In this document: positions 28,391 through 40,775 of the stretch, in pieces | Layout: every line of letters starts with the position of its first letter | How positions within the stretch are numbered: the first letter of the stretch is position 1 | Source of the DNA: Octopus vulgaris | Taxonomy: Eukaryota | Direction: 5' to 3' | Length of the DNA: 64,000 bases | Assembly (NCBI GenBank): GCA_951406725.2 | Contig: OX597814.1 | Span: 210,056,001 to 210,120,000 of the forward strand | Made by a program: the position numbers and the translations under genes | The notes under the pieces: generated by a model | The model's database searches: none | The model's input: only the letters and a program-made list of their open reading frames with translations | Told to the model about the DNA's origin: nothing

Positions 28391-28983
28391 CAGCATGCGT
28401 ATTGAGTGCTTGAATGTTTGAGAGTAAAATTCACTGTTCATAATATGATGTAGCACTGGGCACGAATTGAGGACATCTCAATTCCTTGTAACGTAACTTA
28501 GCTGTTCTCAGTGAAATTTGGCGCAAAACAGACTTTTGCATTTACTATAATCAACCATATCGTATATCACTCAAACGATATCAAAAATAATTCTAAATGT
28601 GTCTTAAGGACACAGATTCTTTGGACGTCGTCTGATGTGAAACAGTAAAAACAAAACAGTATTTAGTTTTACCAATGGAAGAGATTCCAAATTAGATTAC
28701 AGAAAGTCCGACGTAAATAGTGGAAATCATTTAATCTGTACTTTATCTAGTCTCAGTCTAGAAAGACGTCAACATTTACAAGTATTGATTTCTTATATCG
28801 GTACATCATGAAAAAATCTGTATGAATGTGAATATAAAAAATCTATGATATTCAAGCATGTCGCAAAAAAAATCATTAAGATAACTGAAATCTAAATGGA
28901 TACAATAGGAAAGCAAAATGACGTTAAACCGAGACTTTATCACTGGGACTTGAGCTTTCATAACATTAATACATCATAATATA

Positions 28984-29217
28984 AAGGCGGCGAGCTGGCA
29001 CCGACGTTAGCACGCCAGGCGAAATGCTTAGCGGTATTTCGTCTGCCGTTACGTTCTGAGTTCAAATTCCGCCGAGGTCGACTTTTCCTTTCATCCTTTC
29101 GGCGTCGATAAATCAAGTACCAGTTACGCACTGGAGTCGATGTAATCGACTTAATCTCTTTGTCTTTCTTGTTTGTCCCCTCTATGTTTAGCCCCTTGTG
29201 GGTCATAAAGAAATAAG
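28984..29217 (+). mobile_element. tRNA-derived SINE family B, well preserved
   Basis: aaggcggcgagctggc head, B-box gagttcaaattcc, core gaggtcgactttcctttcatcctttcggcgtcgataaatcaagtaccag; several paralogs in the window. Confidence 0.85.
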
Positions 29218-30699
29218 AAACCTTAATACATCGTGATTGCTGTTGTCAATGCATAGAAAACAAATATTTCAGAGCAGCTAAAATAAGAAAAGGCGATGTT
29301 GTGAGGTTGATACATTTTCGCAAAGATATTACCGAGTGTAAGCGAGATTACAGTTTTGCTGTTTGGCAAATGCCGGGTTGCCCCAGCTGATTACTAGTTC
29401 ACAACAAAAGGAGATTAAAATTAGTACTGTTTGGTCTTCATTATATTTTTAAAGGCAATATTTGAAATCAGTATTTCACTGGGAGGGCAGAAATTTCAAA
29501 CTCCAGGAAAATATTAGCAAAAGGTCAGTTATGAATATAGACATAATTTTATGAATATAGACATAATTTTTCTGTGTTAAAGTATCGAGTCGAATCTTAA
29601 CAGAACGTCAGTCTAAAAGCCCCACCGCATTCAATTGGTTTTTATTTCCATCGATCATGAGTTTATGTACAGCACATCAGCATATGGCTAGAATCGAATC
29701 ACTCCAATATATTCCTTCCCAACAAATTTGTGTACTTTAGCTTATACAAGAAACCAATACTTTGTGAAACGTCAGTGAGCTACAACTTACAAAATATTTG
29801 AAAAAGATAAGACTTCTAAAACTAAAAGAGGACAACATGATTTTGTAGCTGTAGCCAATAAATGTTAATGCAATTTACTGAAATAATACCATTTGGGAAA
29901 ACATACATATGGTGTATTTGTGATCACTGAGCAATAGATCACATACGAAGAGCTAACAAATGTCACACTATCCTTATTTTGTTTACTAACATTTTAGAAT
30001 ATTTTAGGACTCGTAAATAGGTAGGTAACCATTACAAGTGTTTTTATTCGTTTTAGAAAGCTTTCTATTGATATGTTGGACATCGTTTATATACATTATA
30101 TACAAAATTTAGCTGTGTTTTACTTTAAATTATTTTTGTATATCCGTAGCTTAACGTTTGATTGTTTATTCTTCGATAAAAAGGAAACAAATATTACTAT
30201 TAAATGGAATGACAGCCAAAGGCTGACACGTTTTGAATTTTGTAAGAAAATTATAGAATAAAATTTTGTGTTTAATCGCAGCTAACCTTTACACAAAATA
30301 CTTTTCGTATAGATACAATATAATGAAATATGTAATAAAACTTTCATTAACAACAATGGATAAATAAATGAAATAAAAAGCTCATAAACATGCAAATAAA
30401 AAGAGATTAGATAAGTGATGCTTTATTGCCTGATAATAGCAACAAATAAGAGAATGATGTATGCTTTAGAATTTCTGTTTGAATTTTAATGTAGATATGC
30501 ATAATTCTATGGAAAATAAAGTTTATGGCAGATTTAGTTTGATAAGAAATACAATTATATGACAATTATTCATCCTGTCTACGATAACAGCTTTGGTTTG
30601 TTGAAAACCGTTTTCTATATTTGTCTCGAAATAAAATTATATATTTTTCGTCATTATTAAGGGACATTATTAAGAGTGTATGCTAGGATAATTGTTATC

Positions 30700-30876
30700 A
30701 CGCTGGACCAGATGTTTATCGGCGGTTTTTCTGGTTTTGGTTCTAAATTTAAATTCCTCGGAGTCAACTTTGCTTTTCATCCTTTCGAGCTCAGTAAAAT
30801 TAGTACCAGGCGTATGTAATACACTAGTTCTTCTCCGAAAATTTCAGTCCTTGTGCCGATGATAGAAAGAATTATC
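30700..30876 (+). mobile_element. SINE family B, decayed
   Basis: gagtcaactttgcttttcatcctttcg...agtaccag...cttgtgccgatgatagaaagaattat matches the family core and tail. Confidence 0.7.
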
Positions 30877-31369
30877 AAATGTCTTTAAAGTTGCGATGAC
30901 TACCGACGATGAGGATTAAGTTTCCAGTGAACAGTGTTTACAGACTAGCTTTGAATATGTTGGAAGTTATCGGTCTCACACTAATTCATATTTATTTATT
31001 AGTAATAAGTAGCTTAGATTACAATACGTGAATCTGTCGATAAAACGTTTCGGCTTACTAAACAAATGCAATAAGTAATTATTGGATGTCACCGAAGATG
31101 ATTCTATAAAATGATAGTAATTTCTCCATTGTACTTTGGTAACGTACAAGGAATAACTTTGTTATCTACACGCAGGAGTGACGAATTATTACCTAAAATA
31201 TTATCGGTAGTTGTGTTATCGTTCAAGTGGAGATAAAAATGCATGGCAACCACGTTCAAAAGGATTTGAAAACTAATTGAAAAATTATGCTTCTGTCAGC
31301 TTCATGGAATTGAACGTGGTGCATCACCACTTCTACCTTTTCTAATTTTATTTAAAAAGTATGTGTGTT

Positions 31370-31560
31370 TTTGTTTTAATGGACTGTAGCCATGCTAGGG
31401 AACTACCTTGAAAGGTGTAGTCAAATATATTGGAACCAGAACATATTATTTTAAAGCTTTGTACTTAATATATTTGTCTATTGATGAATCAATAAATTAC
31501 GTGAATGGAAAAAAACCAATGTGGGTTGACAAGCCGTTGGAAGGACAAACACAGACACAA
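31370..31560 (-). mobile_element. Decayed 3' half of SINE family A
   Basis: ggactgtagccatgctaggg...ccttgaaagg...gttgacaagccgttggaaggacaaacac is the reverse complement of the family A tail. Confidence 0.5.
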
Positions 31561-31914
31561 AGGCCACAGACATATGTACTTACATACATGCACACATATA
31601 TACACACATACATATCTGTCTGTCTATCTGCCTGTCTGTCTTCTGTTTATGTATTTATGTATTATGCATGCATGTATGTATGTATGTACGTATGTATATA
31701 TGTATGTATGTATGCATCTATCTTTCTATCTATCTTTCTATCTATCTATCTATCTATCTATCTATATATCTATCTATCTATCTATCTATCTACCTGCTTT
31801 CTAATTGTTTCAGGCATTAGATTCCGCCTTGACCAATTCCAATAAATAGACGCCAGTATTTATCTCCTTAAATCTGATACTTATTCTACCGGTATCATTT
31901 GGCGTACATACACA

Positions 31915-32713
31915 CTGGGTGCGACGGGTAAATTGTCGCCATTTTATAGCTTTAATTTCATGCACGTGCATTGTTTACTTTTGATTACTATACGTAATAT
32001 AGTAGGGTCCTTTGGGCACTGTCTGTGACAAAACAGCACTATGACGCAATTCGCTCTGCCGGAAATTTGGAAACGACATGCTGTGCTGCTTGGAATTCGC
32101 GCCAAAAGCGCCAATACGAACATTGCAGAGTATTTGGGTGTCAATTTGAGGACATGTACCGAGAGAGATAAAAATCAAACATTCAGTCATGTCATGATGT
32201 TTGGAGTGATCACTAGTAATGGCAACATTGTGCCTCCATTCATGTTCCCACACGGCCTCAGACTCAATACAGAGGCCTGCATCAAGTGCCTGGAGGCGGT
32301 AGTGTTGTTCTGGGTCAAAAGGGTGGCTGCTGAAGGACCATATGTCTGGCAGCAGGACTCTACTCTCTGCCACACATGCAGGAGAACCTAGTCAAGGCTG
32401 TCAGACAGTTTCTGCGACTACATCACTCCTAAAATCTGGCCACCTAACTCCCCAGACTGCAAACACTTTGATTATTATGTGTAGGGTGCAGTTGAGCGAG
32501 AGACCAAGACAACACCTTGTAACACCAAAGATGAACTGAAGGCAAGGATTATGGCAGCATTCACTAGCTTAAACAAGGAGACCGTCCAGAACAGTTGGAG
32601 GAAATTCTGAAGTCGTTTACATTTAATTTTGGTAAATATATCTGTTAAAATGACATGTCAATATTATTTTCATTTTTGTGTAATTTAGTCGGCATTTTAT
32701 TCACCGTACCCTG
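31915..32713 (+). mobile_element. DD37D (maT) Tc1/mariner-superfamily element, internally deleted
   Basis: Imperfect TIRs ctgggtgcgacgggtaaattgtcg and ggcattttattcaccgtaccctg|TA. HVMMFGVITSNG...WQQD and WPPNSPDCKHFDYY have 37 residues between the last two Asp; stops present. Confidence 0.9.
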
Positions 32714-33449
32714 TATATGTATTTATACGTATAGATGCACATGCACGCACACACACATACACACACACACACACACAAACATACGTGCGTGCGCGCACGT
32801 ACACACACAATGAAGACTTCATGGAGAATTATAAGTCTTCAAAATGTATTTATTTATTACAGTATTATTCTCATTAAATTCACATTCGATGTGAATCCGA
32901 CAGGTGTTTCTGCTGGATAAGTGTTCTAGTGTCCGTTGATGTAGCATTCATTCGCAGTACATATTCATTCAAGGTAGAAGCAGTTTCGTTCAATGATTTA
33001 CCTATTTGGGTGGGTAAAGTGAACTTAGGAATACGTCTAAAAATATATTATGAGGGAGCTTATAACCTCAGGGTAGAGAATGATCTTTGTATATATTGAG
33101 GAAACAGGCTATTTCATACACATAATAGAAGAAAAAAATTAATTCAGGATGCATTAATAAATAGGATACCATGATACCATGTAAGATAAATAAACAAATT
33201 TAAAAGGAATCGCATGAAAAAGAAATAATTGTCGTTTCAAGTTGGATAGTCTTACCAGTCCATAGCAATAAAGTTTTATGCTTTTTTGAATATTAGAAGT
33301 CTAGAATTGGTTGAAATGAATAAAGTAAGTTGAAATTTTAACCATTTTTTGTCTCAATTCAAAAAAATAAAGAGAAAAATGTATCATATAAATAAAATAG
33401 TACGTTAACGTTTCATTCGGTACACACTCATAAGAAAAAACATGCTTTG

Positions 33450-33514
<65 letters not shown>

Positions 33515-34003
33515 ATATATATATATTCAAAATGTATATCATACAGAATTCCGCTGTCTAGCATACCCATCAGAGAGCCAGACGCATTTGAAAGCTATTT
33601 TTTTAAAGTTGAACTTTCCGTAGCTTTTTTAGACAATGCATTATTTTTATTTCATTTTCGCCCATATGACTGCATTTATATGCATATATATATATACATA
33701 CATATATATATATATACATATATATGTATATATATGTATGTATATAAATGTATATATATAACACCATCATCATGACTACCACCATAACTACCATTTTCCT
33801 CCTCCTCATCATCTTCATCATGATCATTGACAAGTTGAGACAACTAATAGGGTATTATTAAATATTTATAGGAACTACCACGAAGCAGACAACCAATAGA
33901 GTAGAATATTTAATACTAAACTCTCTAATATATACTATGTATATATATATACACACAAAAATATATATACATACACACACGTAAATGTATGTGTATATAT
34001 GTA

Positions 34004-34046
<43 letters not shown>

Positions 34047-34779
34047 TTATGCACATACACACATATATGCATGTGTATAATATGTAATTGTAAATTTTAT
34101 TGTATTTTACTTATTGTTATTTCTGTATATTGTATGCGTGTTCATAATTTATGTATGGTATTTGAAATCAAAATTGAACTTTTATGAAATATCATCGAGT
34201 TATTAGTTAATTAATTTTATTAATGGCATTCACTTGAAGAATCAATTGAATCGAACATATATAATACAGCTATACCTTTCCTCATGGTGAAACATCCCCC
34301 GTCTCCCATCCTGCCTTTATATTCCGCAATCATTCTTGTCATTTAGTTTTCGCTTTAGTTTTCATGCGTTTTTGTAAATTTATATATATTTATAAAAAGC
34401 TGTAAAATTCTATATGTAAAATTGTAAGTAAATGTGAATCTATAAATTATGAGAATTATTGTATCTATATACTTCTATTTTATATTGCCTTCTTATAGGA
34501 TGGAAAATTTTATTTTTAAAACAAAATCACAGTATTAAGAAAGAATTACATGTTATTTAAATTTCCTCTTATGAAGTTCAAGTAGAGATCTAGTTCAGTA
34601 GAAGTTGTATTATTAGGCTGATTAATTGCAGAGTTAAAATTTACTCGATTCCTACATTGTCCCCGTTTAATAAATATTTAAAAATAATACGTATACGTTT
34701 GGTATGGCTACTTATACAAACCAATACAATTACTTTAGTAAGTTTACATTAGTAAATTATCTCTTAATATAAGTTTATT

Positions 34780-35810
34780 TGAGCAGCCAGAATTGAAAAA
34801 AAAACACGTCCAGTTCTTCACGTGAACAGCTCACCGTTTCAAGCGACGAAAGTAGTTTGACACAAATTAGATTTAAATGTTGAAGTGAAACTAACGGATT
34901 TTGTGTGTTGTTGAATGACTTACAAACATCATCCACGTTGCAATTGTTTCTGTTTCAGCACACAATCTTAGGTCAAGTCACTTGCTCTGCAAGTGTATCT
35001 CCGTAATTTTTTCAAGTCACTGTGGTTAAATGCCTTGACCTTCCCAGGGTATCCATTATTTTAATTTCTCAACAGAAACGATCGGGGGCAGGGTGTGGGG
35101 CTGCAGCAGATTCATAATTTCTCAAATTTTCTTTTTTATAGCATATAAATGTATTTATGGGGAAATATATTGAAAAACATTCATACATGCGAGAGTGATA
35201 AAGAAAGGAGGGTTGTCTTTGGATGTGCTAGAAGCAACAGCCAAATATGCCTTAAATCATTCACTTTTCCCTCTGAAAATATTAACAATTTTTTCTTTTT
35301 TTTTTACCGAAGAGGCTCTGCCCATGGTTTTGAAGTAAAGAGAAGAAAAATTGGCCAAAATAGGTGCGGTGTGGGATGATGAGGGAGGCGGTTTGTAAAA
35401 AAAAATAATTTTCAAAACTTTTCATGCTAAGATGCCCCCAATTCCATGATTTGGAAGGGTGCGGCTTAAAAAATTGGGAGAATCCCCAAATTCTCCCCAC
35501 AAATTTCTTTAAAATCGTAATCTATGTCGTTTGAAATGGATTTGTAAAGATTTTTATTAAAATATATCCATTTATGGATATATCCAGATATGAGAGAAAA
35601 AAGTCAGATCATGTGAATTTTCCCAAACTCCTCTCTCGACCCCCTCGGATAATTCCTTTCCCATAAATCCCTATATACTCTGAACCCACAACATCAAAGC
35701 GGTATTTTTAGAAAATTTTGTTAAAATGTATCCATTTCTCTGGATGTTATGAAGCAACACAGTCAGGGGTGTATACATCTGTAGTAATGCCCTTTTATTT
35801 ATACGATTTT
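34780..35810. mobile_element. Unclassified interspersed repeat(s), possibly non-autonomous Helitron/Helentron-type
   Basis: Compositionally distinct block ending cccttttatttatacgat, like the TTTTATATATATAGAT ends of such elements; no ORF. Confidence 0.25.
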
Positions 35811-36224
35811 TTCATTTCATGTTTGTCTCATTCATTGTTTGCAATGCTCTCTCTATCTCTCTCTCTTCTCTTTCTCTCACACACATACATACACACCCTC
35901 TCTCTTCCACACACTACAAAGCTTACAATTGGGCTGCTAAATTGTAATCTCTATGTTGCTTTGAGGGGAAGGTAAAACTTAACAAATTGGCTCTCCCTCC
36001 GTTGTTGGACTACTTAGATGTTTGTTTAAAAGAGAGAGATTATGACTGGGATAAAATAAAGCAAGCAATATTTACTAAGTAAGTGAGCATTATTATATAA
36101 AGAAATGATTTGACGTAGAATATAAAAATATTGGGTTTGGGAATCAAATGTGAAAATATTATCATGGGGATAGCAGAAAACCGCCTGGAGAGCGGTCTAT
36201 CTGCTAGTATATCTAGTGTATATG

Positions 36225-36281
<57 letters not shown>

Positions 36282-36284
36282 ATG

Positions 36285-36316
<32 letters not shown>

Positions 36317-36609
36317 CATATATATATATGTGTGTGTGTGTGTTTGTGAGTATGTATGTATAATACACACACATACACTCATACTCACATACATATACAC
36401 GTACTTATGCACATATATTGATGTTTACTCAGAGAAGTAGATTATTTATATACACAATCATGTGTTGGTAAATGCTTAACATGAATACAGCAAGAATCTA
36501 GCTCCCCTTGCACATAAATCTCCTCGCAAACCAATATGGCTGTTTTTATTGAACATATTGAATATAGTTCGACTACCTTCTCTTGTTAACTTCGGGATCT
36601 ATTTGCACT

Positions 36610-36690
36610 AAGATGCAGTGACTTGGCCACATCTGCTGACCCGCCAGCGGGAGGGTGTTACGGCTCAGGGTCGAAACACATGATGATCGT
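36610..36690 (+). repeat. Upstream duplicate of the HERO-like element's 3' UTR segment
   Basis: aagatgcagtgacttggccacatctgctgac...ggctcagggtcgaaacac aligns with 37867-37935. Confidence 0.85.
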
Positions 36691-36924
36691 TTTCAAATTT
36701 ATTCATTATTTACATATTTATACGCATACATACATACGCGAGTATATATATATGTGTGTGTGTGTGTGTGTTTTTACAAATAGATGTAGTTTTAGGTAAA
36801 TATTTATTTGTATATGTACAAATAAACACACACACACATACACATATATATATCCGTTCATATGTACACACACTATATATGCATACGTACATATATGTGA
36901 ACATATAAATATTTGTATATATAC

Positions 36925-38030
36925 ATCCCAAACTCTCTAGAGAAGCGAGGAAGGATGATAGACTCAAAAGGACAGATCCATCGGTGACGACAAGGAATGA
37001 TTTACGGACGCAGAGGCAGCCCCAATCACCCTTAAGTGGAGAGATATTGGGAGTGAAATGTTACTGTGGTAAAAGCTACAAGAATGCAAAAGGGGTCAAT
37101 ATACACCGAACCAAGTCGAACTGTTGGAAGGAAGAGCCACAATTGCAGTTCTTGGTGTGAGAAAAAGTTGAAACATCAATAGTTAGGGAGGTATGGGAAG
37201 TAACATGTCATTGCAGAAAGATCTGCAAGAATGAGAAAGGGCTCAAGATACACCGAGCGAGGTCGGTCTGTGGAAAAGATGGGGCACAGATGCAGCGCAC
37301 AGTCGTATTAACTGGCATGATTCAGAAGAGGTTCAGGCAGGAAGCATCCAACAAAACTAGAAGTCTCTCAGTACCTGTGTCATCTCACGTCCTCAGGAAG
37401 GGCAACACATCCAACACCACACCAGAGAGAGCTTTATCCCAGCCAGCGAAAGAACCAATCAAATGGCCCAAGATCGATGAAATAAAGAAATGACAACAAC
37501 TGCACCAAGGCCTCGACATTATCCTACCATGCTGAAAGAAGGTGGAAGGATGTTTTGCACCAAAAGAAGAACACTTCACAGCCGTTACTCACACTCTCGT
37601 GGGAAGAGGTTTGTGATGAGGCCCATGAACGGATGCGTGCCAGATATGAGAGCCTTCTGAACGAGTGCAGAGAGAAGAGATGGCAGATATGGCTTTTCTC
37701 AGTCGGCTGTAGACGATTCCCTGCTCAGTCGGTATGGAGGATGCTTACAGTAGGTGAAATAAAAGGTAAGGAAAGAAGGGTGGCTATGCGCAGGATGGGT
37801 GAGGCTGCTGCAAGAGGCTCTTGTTGGCTTTGGAACAAGAGAGAAGAGTTAAGCTTGGAGGAAATGAAGATCAGTGACTTGGTCACCTCTGCCGACACAC
37901 CAACGGAAAGGCTCAGGGTCGAAACACCCGATGAATGTTGGATACCGTCTGATGACATCAGTTCCTCCTGGTCAAGGCTCCATTACTTTGGTGAATGGAA
38001 AAAGCACCTCCATATAGGTGTCATTAACAT
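36925..38030 (+). mobile_element. HERO-like RLE non-LTR retrotransposon with the RT region deleted
   Basis: Two N-terminal fingers CYCGKSYKNAKGVNIHRTKSNC and CHCRKICKNEKGLKIHRARSVC, then IKWP...QQLHQGLDIIL joined to the RLE C-terminus LTLSWEEVCDEAHERMRARY...VGCRRFPAQS...AAARGSCWLW, then a 3' UTR. Confidence 0.85.
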
Positions 38031-38339
38031 ACCAACAGAAACTGCATTAATACCGAAACCATATATGTTTTGTATTTTCTATTTCTGTGTGAGCGTGTGG
38101 GGAGGGGCATGCGCATGTGTGCGTGTGTGTATGTGTGTGTATGAGAGTGGGAAAGGCAAGTGCGTGTGTTTGAAATCAGTGAAATATAGTGTTTAAACAT
38201 GAAAGGGTTATGGGGCTCCACAAGATTGGAATAGTAATTCAAGGGGTCCACATGTAAAATACCATTGAAAACCGCTGATTTAAGTATTAACAAATTGTTA
38301 ACAGAACTTGAAAATATGTTTACATTTATTTGCCAACTA

Positions 38340-39800
38340 GTTTAAAATGTTTTCACACCTTCATTTACCGACTGTATTTATTTTAGAAGATTTGTATTTC
38401 CGATGTTGGTAACTCCTACGAGGTTTCTCCTGATTTATATTAGGTTTTTACTGTCATATAAAACACCTTTATTCTGCACGTATTTTCCTCCTTTTTATTG
38501 TTTTTTTTTATACACGTGCATATGTTTAAACAAATGATATTTCTTCTCCTATTTGTATAACTGTCTTTCATATTTTAAAAGTAAATCATCTATTTGCTTA
38601 AACTATCCTTCGTATTCAAAGTGTACAACATCTGCTTCGTCCCTAATCTTATGGGAACGCCTGTTTACTTCCCCATGACTTTATATATAACATAACAGAA
38701 GCAAATGAATAATTTTCTGTATTCTTTTGGTTATTTCAGCGTATTCTCTCTAAACTTATACTGTTAAATGTATTTACCTGATGTTTATCTGGATTCCATA
38801 AAAAAATATTTTCTCTGAATTTAATTTTCTTTCCAATTAACTACTGTTTTGTATTTCATGATCTTTGTGTTGTGCTTCATTGTTTTCCATCACACTAGCT
38901 GATGTTTTCTGCGTCGTTGAGTCTTTTGTTTTATACCTCTTGGAATATTTATGTACTGGATGACAATATGCTTATCAGTGTACTGATATACTTTGTAATT
39001 ATCCACTTATCTATCCAGATGTGTTAGTGAATTGAATGTTTATATGTTTCTGCATTTTCTTTCCCAGTTTTTTTTTTCACGGCTTTTATTGAATTAAAGT
39101 TTGAAAGTTATACAGAAATAAATTACATTCAAGCCTGTTTCTATGGTATATTTATGTTCAGGCTATTTCTAAGAAGAGTTTTCTTTACGCACATTCTAAT
39201 TCTATTGACATTTAATTTGTCATTTGGACGGCGGTATTTTTATGGTTACGGTAGATGAAGATTTATGGTTTGTTTACTGGAATGATAGGATACTTGAGCC
39301 TACATATTCTCACACTCCAGCTACATTATCATGGTTTTGAACATGTAATCTGCGTGCATTCTATTTTATTGACCAGATCATTTTCCCTTACCTAACAGTA
39401 GGATATTTCTAGCATAAAACATTACAATCTTTCTTGTCTAGGCTGATAACCCGTTCAGTGTTTTCAATAGCTTTATTCAGTAATGACGTATTTATCGTCT
39501 GGTAGAAGGTCTTTTATGTCGATTTTTGATTACTATGTTGTTCAAACACTAGATAACATTAACTGTATTCTGACACTATGATATAAAGCCTATACATACA
39601 TTTATAAAACATATATCTCTTTCTTAGCTTTAACATACATTAGTTTGGTTCCAATAATTAATTGGCCAGTAATCCTCATCTTATTAACAATACTTGTATC
39701 AATATCATCCATGCCGATAATGGTATTCTTGTTGACGCGTCGAGGAAGGATCATGTTATCTGCCGAATCTATTGTAAAGATAATTCCAACTCTTTTCTTT
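38340..39800 (-). mobile_element. Highly decayed Penelope-like ORF (RT plus GIY-YIG)
   Basis: Colinear motif relics on minus: CQNTVNVI*CLNN (QWxNTxxVIxWF), DIKD..TINTSLLNKAI (FDIxDFYPSI), AGV*EYVGSSIL (GAEVCELVG), IYRNH (LYRDD), CHP (SNHPP), EG*FKQ. Many frameshifts. Confidence 0.55.
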
Positions 39801-39887
39801 GACCGGGAAAAACAGACAGTTTGCTTGTTTGGTAACTATGCCGGAAAAGTTTGTGAAGCGGAGGCAACAGGAGAGACTATTATTGTT

Positions 39888-40775
39888 AAGGTGGTGAGCT
39901 GGTAGAGTCGTCGGACAAATGGGTAGCGACATTTCTCCCGATTCATTGCGTTCGTAGTTCAAATTATGTCGAGGTAAATAAACTTTGCCTTTCATTCCTA
40001 TAGTGTCGATAAAATAAAGTACTTGTCAAGTAATGACAATCGGCTAACCCCCTTCCACTCGATGTAATCGACTAACCCCCTCCACTCGATGTAATCGACT
40101 AATCACCTCCACTGAATGTGCTGACCTTGTACCAACATTTGAATTTACGTTCTTGGGTTCACATTTCGCCGATATCGTATTTGCCTCTCATCTTTTCGAG
40201 GTGGATAAAATATGCATCTTTTGAGCAGTTGGAGTCGATGTAATCAATTAAACCGCTCCGCCCGCGTCCCCTGAATTGCTTGCCTTGTACCAAAATTGGA
40301 AACCGGTAGTATTATTCTTATTAAAGTGGTGAAGTAGCAGAATCATTAGTGTATGAGACAAAATATTAAAACGGCATTTTATTTGGCTCTTTAAGTTCTG
40401 AGCTGAAATCCTACAGACGTTGATCTTGTCTTTTCTTCTTTCTGAGGTCGTTAAAATAGGTTTCTGTTGAGCATTGTCGGTGATGAAATTGACTGACAAC
40501 CGCGTCCTAAAATTGCTGACCTTGTGCCAAAATTCGAACGAACTAATACTGTTGTTGATATTGCTATTATTCTGAGGTGGAGACAGAAAAACAAGCAAAA
40601 ACTAGCAGTTTTCCTGCTCTTTTCACTCGTGGTTCACTTTCCTCTGAAGTCAACATTATCTTTCCCATTCTGGGGCCGATAAAAGTACCAGCCATGTACT
40701 GTTTCTGCTAACGCTATCTCGGTATCTACTGACCCCTCCCCTCAAAATTATTGGCCTTGTTCCTAAATAAGAAAA
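39888..40775 (+). mobile_element. Head-to-tail cluster of about 4 decayed SINE family B copies
   Basis: Heads aaggtggtgagctgg (39888), aagtggtgaagtagc (40323) and gaggtggagacag (40573), plus a head-less copy at about 40145; each ends gaccttgtaccaa or gccttgt. Confidence 0.75.

Noticed and set aside
31249-31320. 11-bp inverted repeat accacgttcaa/ttgaacgtggt (also the 12-bp hairpin at 44339-44373)
   Set aside because: Too short and without a TSD or second copy, so it cannot be distinguished from chance.
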